The notes: a model not told the origin generated them from the sequence alone. A DNA stretch of 64,000 nucleotides from Amoebidium appalachense (GCA_963693365.1 CAVNZM010000001.1:1052054-1116053); one strand, 5' to 3'. Positions 37,577 through 49,220 are shown, numbered from the stretch's first letter. Translations and numbers: made by a program.

Positions 37577-39184
37577 TCACAACGACAGCACGTCTGCAAG
37601 CCATAGGTCCAATGTGGCACGGCTCAGGTAAAGTGGGAAGGCCAGCTTGGACCAGGCACCGAAATGAGTGGCATCTCCACTACCCTCCGGTCGGCCCTGG
37701 GACCAGTGGTAGGTGTCAATGACCTTGAAGCCGTAACTTATTACCAGTTGCTCGATTTGTTGGTTCCACTGGCGGACCCTCTCTGGGATGCGATAGTAAG
37801 ATGTGGACGGTGTGGACGGCATGGCTAACCAGTAGGCTTTTCCATTCGCCAGCACGTGGTGGCACTCTCTCACCAGGGGTTCAAGAATGCACGTGCGTAT
37901 CTCGGAGAGTGTCACGTCTGCCGTCCGATAGAACACGGACCACAGTCCATGGCTCACAATTATTGTGTCTGTCTCCGAGCAACGCTGTTCAGTGTTATTT
38001 ATAACGGGAAGGGGACATGTGTTGCCAAAGAACTTGTATTGAAGCTGAGGGGCCCCTGGCCGCATGGGGGTGACAGGCCGGTGGTCTTGGGACTTCTCCA
38101 CACTGCCCCATTCGAAAGGTGATTCTGGTTGACTCAAAAGCAGAGCTAGGTCGTAGTAGAACTCTCGTGTGATGGAATCACCAAGGATAAGAATGTTCGA
38201 CACATCGGCTCTTTGCAGGGCAGCAATGACACTTTCGGCAGACAGTTGTCGTTTGCTCAATGCCGTGGCCCGCGGGGAGCACAAACCTCCTATGGCGGGC
38301 ACCCACACGAATGGGTCTAGCCAAAATCCGTCGGCAAGGGTGGTTGCAAACATGCCGGCAAGCCGAGGTGGCAAGTTACCCTTCTTGAACCAGACGCCCT
38401 CACTCAAGCCGCTGTAGTTGCAGACAGGTAGGGAAGCGCTCGAGACTCTGCCGGGACTTACGCTCATTGGAACAACGGCGAGGGTACCGTTCCTGCGAGT
38501 GCGATAGGACGGGTTGTCCGGGGGGCAGCCTTGACAGGGGGCAACGAGATGGGGTGTGGGTACATCCTTCATAAGCAAGCGGAAAACGAGTTTGTGTGCT
38601 CCTACCTCTGCGGGAATAAAAGACACGACATATTTCCTGCTGCATTGATAAACGTTACGTTCATTTAATGTTGGCTCCTGGTCTTTCCAAGAATTTTGAG
38701 GAGTAATTAGTTCATCTCCGCCGTCAGTTTCCGTCGTGTTGACACAAATAATCGGTCCTGGCACAACTGTGGCCACCTGCCGTGTGTTCTCTGATACCAC
38801 CTTAATGTATAGCTCATCCTGCGTCCCAGGCTCCTGATTTTTGTTTGTAATTGAAAACTTGAAAATTTCCCCTACTTTGGGGCATGATGATGTGGAAGAA
38901 GGGAATTCTATGTGATAGTACATAGCAAGCTCGACGATTCCTCCGATATTCCATGGACATGGAGTTGCTTGCACTGGTGCTGCCCCGATCAGGTGAAATC
39001 GTGGGGTTATCGAAGTGTATCGTGTTGTCACGCCGGTTCGGAGAAGCAGGTAGGCGAGAACAAAGAGAATAAAAAGACGTGTAAATAGTCGCATTCGACT
39101 GCCCCCTAATTCAGGGACGAGGTCTTTACGCTTGGTGGTGCCCGGAGCATCATCTAGGCCCAACGTGCTCAGAACACGAGACAT
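37577..39184 (-). CDS. Type II membrane protein with Ig/filamin-like region and SGNH PC-esterase domain (NXPE/TBL-like O-acyltransferase/esterase)
   Basis: Uninterrupted ORF (up to 559 aa from 39256; likely start MSRVL at 39184). It has a signal anchor LFILFVLAYLLL and the ILILGDSITREFY, VSHGLW and DATHF motifs, giving a GDS...DxxH arrangement. Confidence 0.75.
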   Translation of the reverse strand: MSRVLSTLGLDDAPGTTKRKDLVPELGGSRMRLFTRLFILFVLAYLLLRTGVTTRYTSITPRFHLIGAAPVQATPCPWNIGGIVELAMYYHIEFPSSTSSCPKVGEIFKFSITNKNQEPGTQDELYIKVVSENTRQVATVVPGPIICVNTTETDGGDELITPQNSWKDQEPTLNERNVYQCSRKYVVSFIPAEVGAHKLVFRLLMKDVPTPHLVAPCQGCPPDNPSYRTRRNGTLAVVPMSVSPGRVSSASLPVCNYSGLSEGVWFKKGNLPPRLAGMFATTLADGFWLDPFVWVPAIGGLCSPRATALSKRQLSAESVIAALQRADVSNILILGDSITREFYYDLALLLSQPESPFEWGSVEKSQDHRPVTPMRPGAPQLQYKFFGNTCPLPVINNTEQRCSETDTIIVSHGLWSVFYRTADVTLSEIRTCILEPLVRECHHVLANGKAYWLAMPSTPSTSYYRIPERVRQWNQQIEQLVISYGFKVIDTYHWSQGRPEGSGDATHFGAWSKLAFPLYLSRATLDLWLADVLSL

Positions 39185-40954
39185 CGTGCCAAAAAAAAAC
39201 ACTAACAAAAGTGGTGTTCGTGTTTGACGTTTCTCTGGTCTACTTATGCCGCGCATTCATACAGGAGTTCACTAGGTTGGAATATTTTTCAAACGTACCT
39301 AAGCAAACACTGGCACCAATGCAGGAGGTATTTACCTTTTCTACGGTTGCGGCTCCAAGTTCTGCAGCTGAACTCAGGGATCAAAATTCCTAACCAAAAC
39401 TCGAGAATTTCCCAAACTTTGTTTCCGGCTTCCCAAAGTAACCCGTTCAGGGGAGGGCGGGGAGGGGGAGGGGGGCTGAGTTTGCGGGCTGTGAGTGGGT
39501 ATTACAGTGGGTCACTGGTTGACTGGGGCAGGGGGGGCGAAGATGGGATAGGGGAGGGGGTCCGTGTCTGTTTGTTTTATCGTTCACGCCCACTATTTTC
39601 CCAAACGCGCAATTTTCTAACTTCAAACAATTTGGACCCTACCCCAAAGTTGTAACAAACTTCAAACCCTGAATGAACGGTCGTTAATAAATAGCACACA
39701 CCCCCCAGCCACGTATACGTGGGTGTGGTGTTTCCGATTGGCATGCCGGCGCCGCGGCTTTTAAGCCACCACCCAAGTTTGGGCCCCCAATTTTTCAAAG
39801 ACGGCGAAGATCTTGCAGGATGTATAAACTAGTCTCGGACACGCAGCAAATGATGAATGAACAATCATAAATACCCCAAAACTCTTGAAACATACCTATA
39901 TAATAGAAGCATTATCAGGAATAGGACAGTAGCCTGTGCGCTAATATCTTAACTTCCAGTAGGATAAAGCAATACAAAAAGTAATCTAATATTGAATTTC
40001 GAAACAATATATCCACATGTGCGTGTATGACATCAATTAATTGATTGTATTTCTACAAAATAGCTATATTGAATACTGAGGCCTCTACAGATGCGAAGCC
40101 CATCATGGGTTTTAGGTTTTTTTTGCCAGCTTTATATAGGGACAGCGGGGTTCTCACATCTGTAAAGGAATGATTCTAGACTCAGTAAACCGGAGTATCG
40201 GAAAACCGTGGCTCCACATATGCAAACTTCCGAGTTTGGGGGGTTGGCCCAGCACTTAAGTGCGCCAATAGCTGGGATCGGCCAACGGACTGGGGTAAAA
40301 CGAGCAACACTGTGAGGTGCAGTAGGTGCAGTAAAAGTCATTGGTAAACAAGTAACAACAGAAAAGGCCCCGATGGTGCATTTTTGTGTGCTGTCATGCA
40401 AAGTGCAAAATCGCTGTTTTTTTTTCGGAAAAAGTGATCATATGGTTTTTCTGGCACTCCTGAAAAGAAACAAGAAGCCAGCGCTTTTCAGGGATTGTGG
40501 GGTTTTGACTGCGATACCCGTTTTACATAAAACGCAATCGTTTTGTTAAGAATTTCTAAATCATATTAACGGGGTTCGTCTCTTTTACGACTCGCACAAA
40601 CCCCTTATATTATCCAATTTAACGACCTATTTCAGTTAATTCTGCACGCCCTTAGCAATTTTACATCCTGTGAGAAGAACAGGGCTTCATATTCCGCTGT
40701 GGAGTGCCAAAAGAACGACTTGGCCACCTTTTACCTGGGAAAACATCCATTTTTGTATGAAAAAGCACCAAAATACACTATTACCTACTTCACTGCTACG
40801 AAAAACCATTACAGCACCTCATGACACCGTTACTCGTTTTGACCCCTGGGCTTAATCGTAATACGACGATTTTGGGTCGTAATTCAACCTATGCCCCTGG
40901 CGCTTTTGAAACTCGCGATCGGGGTGTGCGATTTGTGATTCAGTTGCACACTGA

Positions 40955-41106
40955 GGGGTGTCATATACTACGATGGCGCTAATTGTTGCCTAGCAAGTAC
41001 ATATGTCACTAGCTGCATTTGATTGGCTGCGCTGGAAAACGCAGTAGGCCGTCGAGTGTGTTTGGGCCCCCGGCAGTGTCCACCCAATAAAAAGTGTGTA
41101 AACCCC
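40955..41106 (+). mobile_element. ~150-bp copy of the LINE-alpha 3' end
   Basis: Homologous to 20429-20580. Flanked by duplicated CACACTGA (40947-40954 and 41106-41113); ends GTAAACCCC. Confidence 0.88.
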
Positions 41107-41150
41107 ACACTGATCAGGTAGCGGAGTGAAGTACCCATCCTGCAGCTGAG

Positions 41151-41313
41151 TGTCGTATCCTAAACGTTAACTGTATGTACTAAGAGATGCGGCAATCTTT
41201 TAAGTGTACACACACGAAAAGGAACGAACGTGTACGAAAAACGGCAAAGTTTATTCTAGGCCAGGCTCCGACGGGCAACCTGAGATCCAAACGGAACCAA
41301 GCTAAGTCACAAC
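41151..41313 (-). repeat. Gypsy LTR 3'-end fragment
   Basis: Diverged reverse complement of ~31448-31604. Confidence 0.8.
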
Positions 41314-41497
41314 GGGGTTTACGCTGTTTACTCGAGGAGAGACCAGTCTCAGGTATGGGGGGGTTTTGCTCGGAATATCCCCTCAGCGGTATACCATGAT
41401 CACGTACATAGATGTCGGGTGATGACTATATATCAGGGTTTACTTTCTCTACGAGACACCATAAAGACTAAGAAAAGTCAATTAGTTGGGGTTCCCC

Positions 41498-41549
<52 letters not shown>

Positions 41550-42664
41550 GGGGGGGCTCCCCTGGGACACTCGGTATCAGCTGGTTGTGTGTATGTGTGT
41601 GTGTGTGTGTGTTTGTGTGTGGTGTGTGTGTGTGTGTGTGTGTGTGCGTGCTCTAGAATTTTGTAGTGATGTGTTTCTCAAGCCAATCAATACATCTAAT
41701 AAACAGGTCGTCGTTACGCCTGTTTAGTATAAAATCAAGGATGTTGTATTTTACAGGCAGGCTATCTTTCTGGGTGTCTGTTGTGAATGTGACGTGTGTG
41801 TGTTGCGGTATTATGTCGTCTATCAAATTACATTTGGCGATACATGACCGTTTAAGCTGGTGTGCGTGTGTGTTGTTTTGGCATGCAAACGATGCCACCT
41901 TATACTTATTAGATCTCCACTGTATACTAGTAGCATGTGTACAGTAAAAGCGTGGTAATTGATCAATAATACCATCAGCTAGAGAAAGACCAGTTCTACA
42001 GGAAGGTAATATGTGTTTAGGCGTTATACATTTGCGAGTGCCATATTTTGCAATATGGTTAAGGCGGTCAAGGGGGGCGGGTAGGTGCAATGGTAAGATC
42101 TTTGTGTGTCAAGCTCAAAGTCGCAGGATCGATCCTGGTTACTTCCGATTTTTCTGCCTCGACGGTCCATCGGTCTGGCCGCCCCCTAGAAGTCATCACC
42201 CCAGACCACGTCAAGCAACACCACCAATTTGTTATCATCCGGCCGCAAGACATGACGTCATGAACAGCACCGGCCCTCTGACGTCGACGGCGCGCCGCTT
42301 GGGCATCCCAGCCCAACGTTCAAGTGGGAGACCAATCCGAGTCACTGGCCACGGTTCGGGTCAGCGTCCTGGGCATGAGGTCTTCCCCTTTCAAGTCTTT
42401 ATGTTTGTGTATGTGTCCCAGGTCGCTCCCGGCTGGTGTTGTTAAAGTGAGCTGTGCTCACTTCCCCACTAGCGTTGCTGCGGCTAGAACCGTGGGATAA
42501 GGCGTAACTAAAAATAGTGCCAGTTGGGGTCAGACTTATGAGTGTGCTATACAGTACGATCTGTGTCTAGGCGGAAGACGGTAAGCTCCCCTGAGGCAGT
42601 GCCTCGCTGGGAGTGAAACGGGATAAAATAAAAATAGTAAAGGCGGTCATTATATATAAAACGA
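41314..42664 (-). mobile_element. LINE-beta truncated copy, interrupted by a SINE-like insert
   Basis: Homologous to 13532-14301. Begins GGGGTTTACGCTG and resumes after 42649. Confidence 0.88.
42071..42639 (+). mobile_element. tRNA-headed SINE-like retroelement
   Basis: 10-bp TSD AAGGCGGTCA (42061-42070 and 42640-42649), box A-like GGTGCAATGG, T-arm/box B-like CAGGATCGATCCTG and A-rich tail ATAAAATAAAAATAGTA. Confidence 0.62.
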
Positions 42665-42722
42665 CAACCCCCTCCCCCTCCCCCCCCCCCCCCCATCCAA
42701 GCGGACTGGTTCATGAACCAAC

Positions 42723-43401
42723 TGTTGTAATACCTAGTATTTACATGTGGTAAGATCTTATCAGTTTGTGTTATGTTTCAGTTCATATGCTTAGTGTATA
42801 TGCCACACTCCTATTATGTAAAGTGTAGCATCGATCTCCGATATGCTTGTATACTTGTAATCGTGTTGTATCGGCTTTAATCGTGTGTTGTAATATCGAT
42901 TAGAATATTTATATGTGTGTACACGGATCCACCCACTCAGGGAGAGACGTGTACATGTTCGTGTGTATGTAAATATCTCTGGTTATAGTTATGCTATTAC
43001 TATCTTGTTTGTTGATCTGTGCTCTCTTTTCCTTCCTCTTTCTCCTTCCTTATTTTCTTTTCTTTCTCTCCTTGTCTTCATGTGTATAATCGTATTTCTT
43101 TTCTACTAATATATGTAAGGTAGATTTGTGTTACTTAATACGTGTTCATTGGACGGTAACACACTTACGCTACACTTAGAATAGCATGTGTGTTTAGACT
43201 TCATTAATTTACTTTAGTTTTCATGTGTTGCCGGGCTTTAACCAATCATCAAGGTTAAGTGTGATATGTCTGAGTCTTTGCAGTATGTCATAGGTTAGAA
43301 CTTCCTTGATGATGACACGAGTTGATCTTAACTAGTGTCTGTGTCCTATCGTGTACGTCTCCGCGTACCGGATCTCTCTGAAAGCAATTGGTTCTTAGTG
43401 A
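42723..43401 (+). repeat. Truncated LTR-B within the first copy of a ~1 kb tandem duplication
   Basis: 42372-43401 recurs as 43412-43470 plus 49226-50193. Confidence 0.85.
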
Positions 43402-43470
43402 GGTCTTCCCCGGCATGAGGTCTTCCCCTTTCAAGTCTTTATGTTTGTGTATGTGTCCCAGGTCGCTCCC

Positions 43471-46400
43471 TGTCATCTTCACTTAATTCTCAGCAAGACT
43501 TAGAAGTTGAGTTTGGTATTTATTTATTAGTTGTTGTAGTTTGTTTCCTTTTCCTTTCTTCATTTCTTTCTTTCTTTTCCGTTTCCGTGTACACGACATC
43601 TTAGATCTGTGTACGTATCGACATACTTAGCTCGCGCACACGTATTGTCGTTTGCGTCAAAATCTATATATGTCATCCAATCATATCTCGTTTGTATTTT
43701 CCCAAATATAGTAACTTACATTCCTTTCTCATTCCTTTCCCACGACGTAGCATTGTGCTATGTTCTTCAACTATTAGGAAAAATTATATTTAGACGTGTT
43801 ATGATAAGAACATGTATAAATATATGTTATGAATTAATAGTTACATAAGTGGTTTCATTTTATTAAATGTTTCCGTGCTTTTATTAGAAGTTTCTTTCAT
43901 TAGAGGATTGAGTTTTATATTCTAAATGTCGACAGACATTTTATTCGATATATTTTACACTCATAGTTTTCATTCTTTTGATTGGTTTATCGTTTCACAT
44001 TCCCAAGTATAAAAGGGACCTCATCTTGAAATAAATCACAAGCAGTCGTATTCACTTCCTATGGTTCCAGAAATCGTTCCTCCTCTCCGGTTGTGTTTTT
44101 CCCGTGTGTCTTTGTGTTGTGTTTTACATAACACCCATCTGTGCTCTCTGCTTCTCCGTTTACCCACACAAAATAACAGGTTTACGGCCCCTTTGCACGC
44201 TAACACACAATCTCGCTACAACCGCGAAAATCTCTCAGTCTTACTGCTTCAATCATGACTGACAAACCGTCGTATATCATCCTTCCAATATGGAATCCGT
44301 CCGAGAAACGAGACGAGAAACGTCTTAATTATTTCGAGTGGGAGCCACTCATTCACCGGTTCATTAGAACCACCATTGCCGAGAAATTCGTTGACGCTAT
44401 CAAGAGGCCACAGTGGGTTGACGGCGCTGAAGCCAACCAGTGGCTAGGCTACACCACCAAGGACTCCTACAAGAAAGCTTCCGACGTCCTCGACCAGATC
44501 CTCAACCAGTCCGTCCACCCGACCGAGCTCTACGACTCCGGCCGGATGCAAGACGGTGTCCACGGTGGTGAAGTCTTCCACAACCTACGTATGGCGTATG
44601 TAGCAGAGAAGGAGGCCCGAGTCACCCAGATTCAAGTCACCTTCGAGGAGCTTGAACTACGAGACTACCCCAACGTCACAGCATACCTCACCCGTCTCCA
44701 ACGTCTGGCTACGACACTTGCCTGCCTCGACGAACCCGTCCAGCACAAGGATGTCGTACGTAAGTTCTTCCTCCACATCCGGAAGAACACAGCCCTGGTC
44801 TGCCCCGACATTGAACGTCTCTGCTCCGACTACTGGATGAACAACAAGGCCTACCCGTCCTTCAACATGCTCATCAGTGACATCCGAGGAGCTGAAATCC
44901 GTGCCGGCCTCATCGACGCAGGCACAGGTGCAACCGTCAACAACCGTCCCCTCCGTGCACTCCAGAGCAGAGTGCTTCCCCCCGGTGACCTCCGTAACCG
45001 TATTCCTCGACGTGAGCATACACCTCACCGTTCCCCGTCCCGTTCCCGTGATCCTCGTCCTCCCTCCAAGTCACCCGGCCCCCGTTTAACTTCCCCTTAC
45101 CACCGTGGTAACAGGGACAACCGTAACCGACAGCACAACACCAACAGTGTGAAGTGTTCCTACTGCCATGAGCCCCACCACATCACAGCATGCCCGGAGC
45201 CTGGCTGCACAGTTGCTCGTCGTGCCAAGCAGGAGAAAGGTGACAAGAGTGTGAAATTTGCACTCATCTCCTCCACCGGCACACCTGACAGTAACGACCC
45301 CGTCTGGGACAGTGCTTGTAATGCACACATCTGCCCCATCAAGGAGTATTTCTCCTCCCTTACCCCGTGTCCTCCCACCCCCATTCACGGCCTCGGCACA
45401 GTCAATGCCAAACAACGTGGCATCATCAACATGACACTGCACTACAACGGCCACCCAACACCGTGCAGCATCAATGCTTACTACGTACCCGAGGCACCGT
45501 CTTTCCTCGTGTCTACCTCCATGGCATCAGCTGCCGGCCTCCTAGGTCATTGTGACGATACAGACAACCACCCGTCGTTCCTCTACAGCCGTAATGGTGA
45601 CATTATTACAGATCTCACCCCCCTCGACGGTCTCTACTACATCACTGACTATGTGATTGAGACTCCTAAACACCCGGGGGTCCAAGCCTACACAGCAAGG
45701 ACTCAACCACCCGACGACCTCACCCTTTGGCACAACCGTCTCGGCCACCGTGCCCTCTCCACCGTCACCAGGATGGCCAAGGATGAGCTTGTCATCGGCA
45801 TGCCCCCCTCCCTCAAGTCACCCGACAACAGTGACTGCTTCGGCTGCATGTCTGGCAAGACCACCAAGGCCCCCTTTCCCGGCACCCGTTCCAAGTTCAC
45901 CATTCCCGGTGCTAAGTGGCACCTGGACTTCTTCGAAGCTCCCTGTGCTTCCTACGGAGGCTACAAGGTTGCTCTGGTGTGTGTTTGTGATGCCACCGGT
46001 TACACCACCGTGTTCCCCCTTTACAACCGTGGTGAAACCCTCAGCCACATTCAGTCTCTCGTTGAAACCATCGAACGTCAGACACCTGAGATCGTCACCC
46101 ATCTTCGGTTTGACTCCGGCTCTGAGTTCACCTCCAAGGACACCGAGGCCTACTGCAAGCAGAAAGGCATCATCATGGAGTTTGCCCCCGTCGACACACC
46201 ACAACACAATGGTGTTGTTGAACGGAAGATGAGAGAACTGCAAGAGACAGTCCGTTGCTTCCTCCATGCCGACAAGGACCAACCTCTCTCTCCCAAGTTG
46301 TGGGTTGCTGCTCTCAAGCATACAAGCTACATCATCAACGTCACACCGTCATCTACTGCCAACGGCAACACTCCCTTCGAGGCCTTCCACGGCTTCAAAC

Positions 46401-47975
46401 CCGACGTCTCCCAGCTCCACGTGTTCGGCTCCCCTGCCTATGTCCATGTTCCCCGGTCAAAGAGGAACAAGCTGGCATCAACCGTCAGAGTCGGCACCTA
46501 CGTCGGCTGGGACCTACCCTCCAAGGCACACAAGATCCTCGACCTTGCCAGCAACCAAATCAAGATCTGCCGTGATGTGATCTTCGACGAGTCGAAATTC
46601 ACGGGCAGCACCAATCAGGTCTCCGTTCCCCCCAAACCCGATCTGCCGACATTGGACCCCCCCTCCGACGACGACGATGAAACTCCGTCTGTGGTCATCT
46701 CCCAACCGTCCTGGCACAACCAACCAGCCCCGGTTGTACCCGTGCCTCCCCCGAGCCCCCCCCCCACTGGCCAACAACCCTTGCTGCCGGCCCCCCCCGT
46801 TGCTGTGCATCAACCCGGCTACATGACTCCGGTTCGTCCTGGGTCCCCCACCTTCCACTCGGCCACGAGCAGCCCTGTGGACACCGATGCCCCCCTCACC
46901 ACCGGTCCTATTCCTGGCTTCCATGCCCCTATCCCGGCCTCCACCACCTACCCGGCCACCACCCCCCTCAAGGACCCCCCCAAGCCCAACCTTCGTCGGT
47001 CTACACGTCTCACCAAGACTCCAACGGCACTGGTCAGCATCGTAGCACCGACCATCAACATTGACCAGCTCCCCAAGGGCATTCAAAAGCTTTGCAACGG
47101 TCCCAACGGTGATGCCGTCATAGCTGCCCTCACCTCCGAGTACCAAGCCTTCATCACCAAGGATGTCTTCACCATTGTTGATCCCCCCCCTGGTGCCAAC
47201 ATCATCAAGTTCAAGTGGATTGTGACTGAGAAAGTCCTCAACTCAGCCGGTGACACCAAGATCAAAGCTCGTGGTGTTGCAAAGGGCTTCACTCAAGTCT
47301 ACGGTGTTGACTACGGTGACACCTCTTCCCCCGTGGTGATGTCCTCCTCCGTCCGTGCCCTCCTTGCCATCGGCTACCTCGGTAGATTCAGTGCCAACCC
47401 CACCAAACTTGCATGGGAATGTCTACTCCGTGTAGTTCGGTACCTCATCGGCACTTCCAACCTCGGCCTTCACTACGACAAGTCTACTTCCGACGACAAC
47501 ACCCCCTTGCTGGAGTGTTATTCTGATGCTGACTTTGCCAACTGCCCCAACACCCGTCGTTCAACCACCGGATACGTCATCTTCTTCAAGGGCATACCCA
47601 TCACATGGTATTCGAAGCTGCAGTCCATCACGGCAACATCCACCACCGAGGCTGAGCTTCTGGCCATCAATGCTGCTGTTCAAAACGTCATCTGGCACCG
47701 TGATCTCCTCCGTGAACTCGGCTACCCGATGACCGACCCCACCCCCGTCTACTGTGACAACCAGTCCACCATTGCCCTCCTGCACACCAACAGCATCAAG
47801 CACCGGACCAAACACATTGCAGTCCGTTACCACAACACGAAGGACTACATCAAGAGTGGGGATGTGGTCGTCACCTACGTGTCCAGCAAAGACAACGTGG
47901 CTGACATCTTCACCAAGCCCCTGCCCGGGCCCTCCCACGAGCAACACCGTGATTCACTCAGTCTTCGTGACTGAG

Positions 47976-48031
<56 letters not shown>

Positions 48032-49220
48032 TCATCTACAGTGGTCTTCAAGTAGGTTGGGGCCCTGGCCAGTGGTCTACACATCACCGTGTAGAGACAC
48101 CTCCCAACGAAAGTCTACTGCTGTCTTCATCGATCTTCAGTGTGTGCATCTTCAGTGGGGATTTCTTCTCCACCATCCGTCGTTTATTTATATACCACCA
48201 TATATATAATGTATTTATCATTAGCCACCAACACGTCACACATACACTAGTTGTTTCTTCTATATATATTTATATATCACGTCATTGGCTACCGTCATCT
48301 TCCGAGTCTTCAGAGGCAACCGTCGTTGTGTGCTTCTTCCGTTTTGGTTTTCTTCCCCGGCTTACACCTTCAAGTCTTCTCCATTGTCTTCTCGAGTGGG
48401 GAAACTTGACTGTGACTTCACGGCACCTACTTCTACATGTGTGAAAGTCTTAACATCAACAGTCACATCAACAAACTTCACGAGAACCCAACTTCCAACC
48501 CTTGAGTGGGGATGTCATCTTCACTTAATTCTCAGCAAGACTTAGAAGTTGAGTTTGGTATTTATTTATTAGTTGTTGTAGTTTGTTTCCTTTTCCTTTC
48601 TTCATTTCTTTCTTTCTTTTCCGTTTCCGTGTACACGACATCTTAGATCTGTGTACGTATCGACATACTTAGCTCGCGCACACGTATTGTCGTTTGCGTC
48701 AAAATCTATATATGTCATCCAATCATATCTCGTTTGTATTTTCCCAAATATAGTAACTTACATTCCTTTCTCATTCCTTTCCCACGACGTAGCATTGTGC
48801 TATGTTCTTCAACTATTAGGAAAAATTATATTTAGACGTGTTATGATAAGAACATGTATAAATATATGTTATGAATTAATAGTTACATAAGTGGTTTCAT
48901 TTTATTAAATGTTTCCGTGCTTTTATTAGAAGTTTCTTTCATTAGAGGATTGAGTTTTATATTCTAAATGTCGACAGACATTTTATTCGATATAGTTTAC
49001 ACTCATAGTTTTCATTCTTTTGATTGGTTTATCGTTTCACATTCCCAAGTATAAAAGGGACCTCATCTTGAAATAAATCACAAGCAGTCGTATTCACTTC
49101 CTATGGTTCCAGAAATCGTTCCTCCTCTCCGGTTGTGTTTTTCCCGTGTGTCTTTGTGTTGTGTTTTACATAACACCCATCTGTGCTCTCTGCTTCTCCG
49201 TTTACCCACACAAAATAACA
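43471..49220 (+). mobile_element. Copia-A2 LTR retrotransposon, RT-core deleted
   Basis: 708-bp LTRs 43471-44178 and 48513-49220 (one difference noticed, ~48995), TSD CTCCC, PBS at 44179, PPT at 48504. Confidence 0.97.
44255..47974 (+). CDS. Copia-A2 gag-pol polyprotein (1239 aa) lacking the RT catalytic core
   Basis: A single open frame with Gag, PR, IN and RH motifs. It reads RALLAIG|YLGRFS, with no QLDV or YVDD. Confidence 0.95.
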   Translation: MTDKPSYIILPIWNPSEKRDEKRLNYFEWEPLIHRFIRTTIAEKFVDAIKRPQWVDGAEANQWLGYTTKDSYKKASDVLDQILNQSVHPTELYDSGRMQDGVHGGEVFHNLRMAYVAEKEARVTQIQVTFEELELRDYPNVTAYLTRLQRLATTLACLDEPVQHKDVVRKFFLHIRKNTALVCPDIERLCSDYWMNNKAYPSFNMLISDIRGAEIRAGLIDAGTGATVNNRPLRALQSRVLPPGDLRNRIPRREHTPHRSPSRSRDPRPPSKSPGPRLTSPYHRGNRDNRNRQHNTNSVKCSYCHEPHHITACPEPGCTVARRAKQEKGDKSVKFALISSTGTPDSNDPVWDSACNAHICPIKEYFSSLTPCPPTPIHGLGTVNAKQRGIINMTLHYNGHPTPCSINAYYVPEAPSFLVSTSMASAAGLLGHCDDTDNHPSFLYSRNGDIITDLTPLDGLYYITDYVIETPKHPGVQAYTARTQPPDDLTLWHNRLGHRALSTVTRMAKDELVIGMPPSLKSPDNSDCFGCMSGKTTKAPFPGTRSKFTIPGAKWHLDFFEAPCASYGGYKVALVCVCDATGYTTVFPLYNRGETLSHIQSLVETIERQTPEIVTHLRFDSGSEFTSKDTEAYCKQKGIIMEFAPVDTPQHNGVVERKMRELQETVRCFLHADKDQPLSPKLWVAALKHTSYIINVTPSSTANGNTPFEAFHGFKPDVSQLHVFGSPAYVHVPRSKRNKLASTVRVGTYVGWDLPSKAHKILDLASNQIKICRDVIFDESKFTGSTNQVSVPPKPDLPTLDPPSDDDDETPSVVISQPSWHNQPAPVVPVPPPSPPPTGQQPLLPAPPVAVHQPGYMTPVRPGSPTFHSATSSPVDTDAPLTTGPIPGFHAPIPASTTYPATTPLKDPPKPNLRRSTRLTKTPTALVSIVAPTINIDQLPKGIQKLCNGPNGDAVIAALTSEYQAFITKDVFTIVDPPPGANIIKFKWIVTEKVLNSAGDTKIKARGVAKGFTQVYGVDYGDTSSPVVMSSSVRALLAIGYLGRFSANPTKLAWECLLRVVRYLIGTSNLGLHYDKSTSDDNTPLLECYSDADFANCPNTRRSTTGYVIFFKGIPITWYSKLQSITATSTTEAELLAINAAVQNVIWHRDLLRELGYPMTDPTPVYCDNQSTIALLHTNSIKHRTKHIAVRYHNTKDYIKSGDVVVTYVSSKDNVADIFTKPLPGPSHEQHRDSLSLRD

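Noticed and set aside
37358-39843. Terminal inverted repeats (CGTGTCCGA) capturing the esterase gene
   Set aside because: The match is only 9 bp, with no TSD and no transposase.
40571-40604. GGGGTT...AAACCCC mini-element related to the LINE tails
   Set aside because: It has no TSD and no homology to the LINE ends beyond the terminal bases.
42575-42625. Hammerhead ribozyme in the SINE-like tail (stem followed by GAAAC)
   Set aside because: There is no CTGANGA core in the required position and no stem III with a cleavage triplet.
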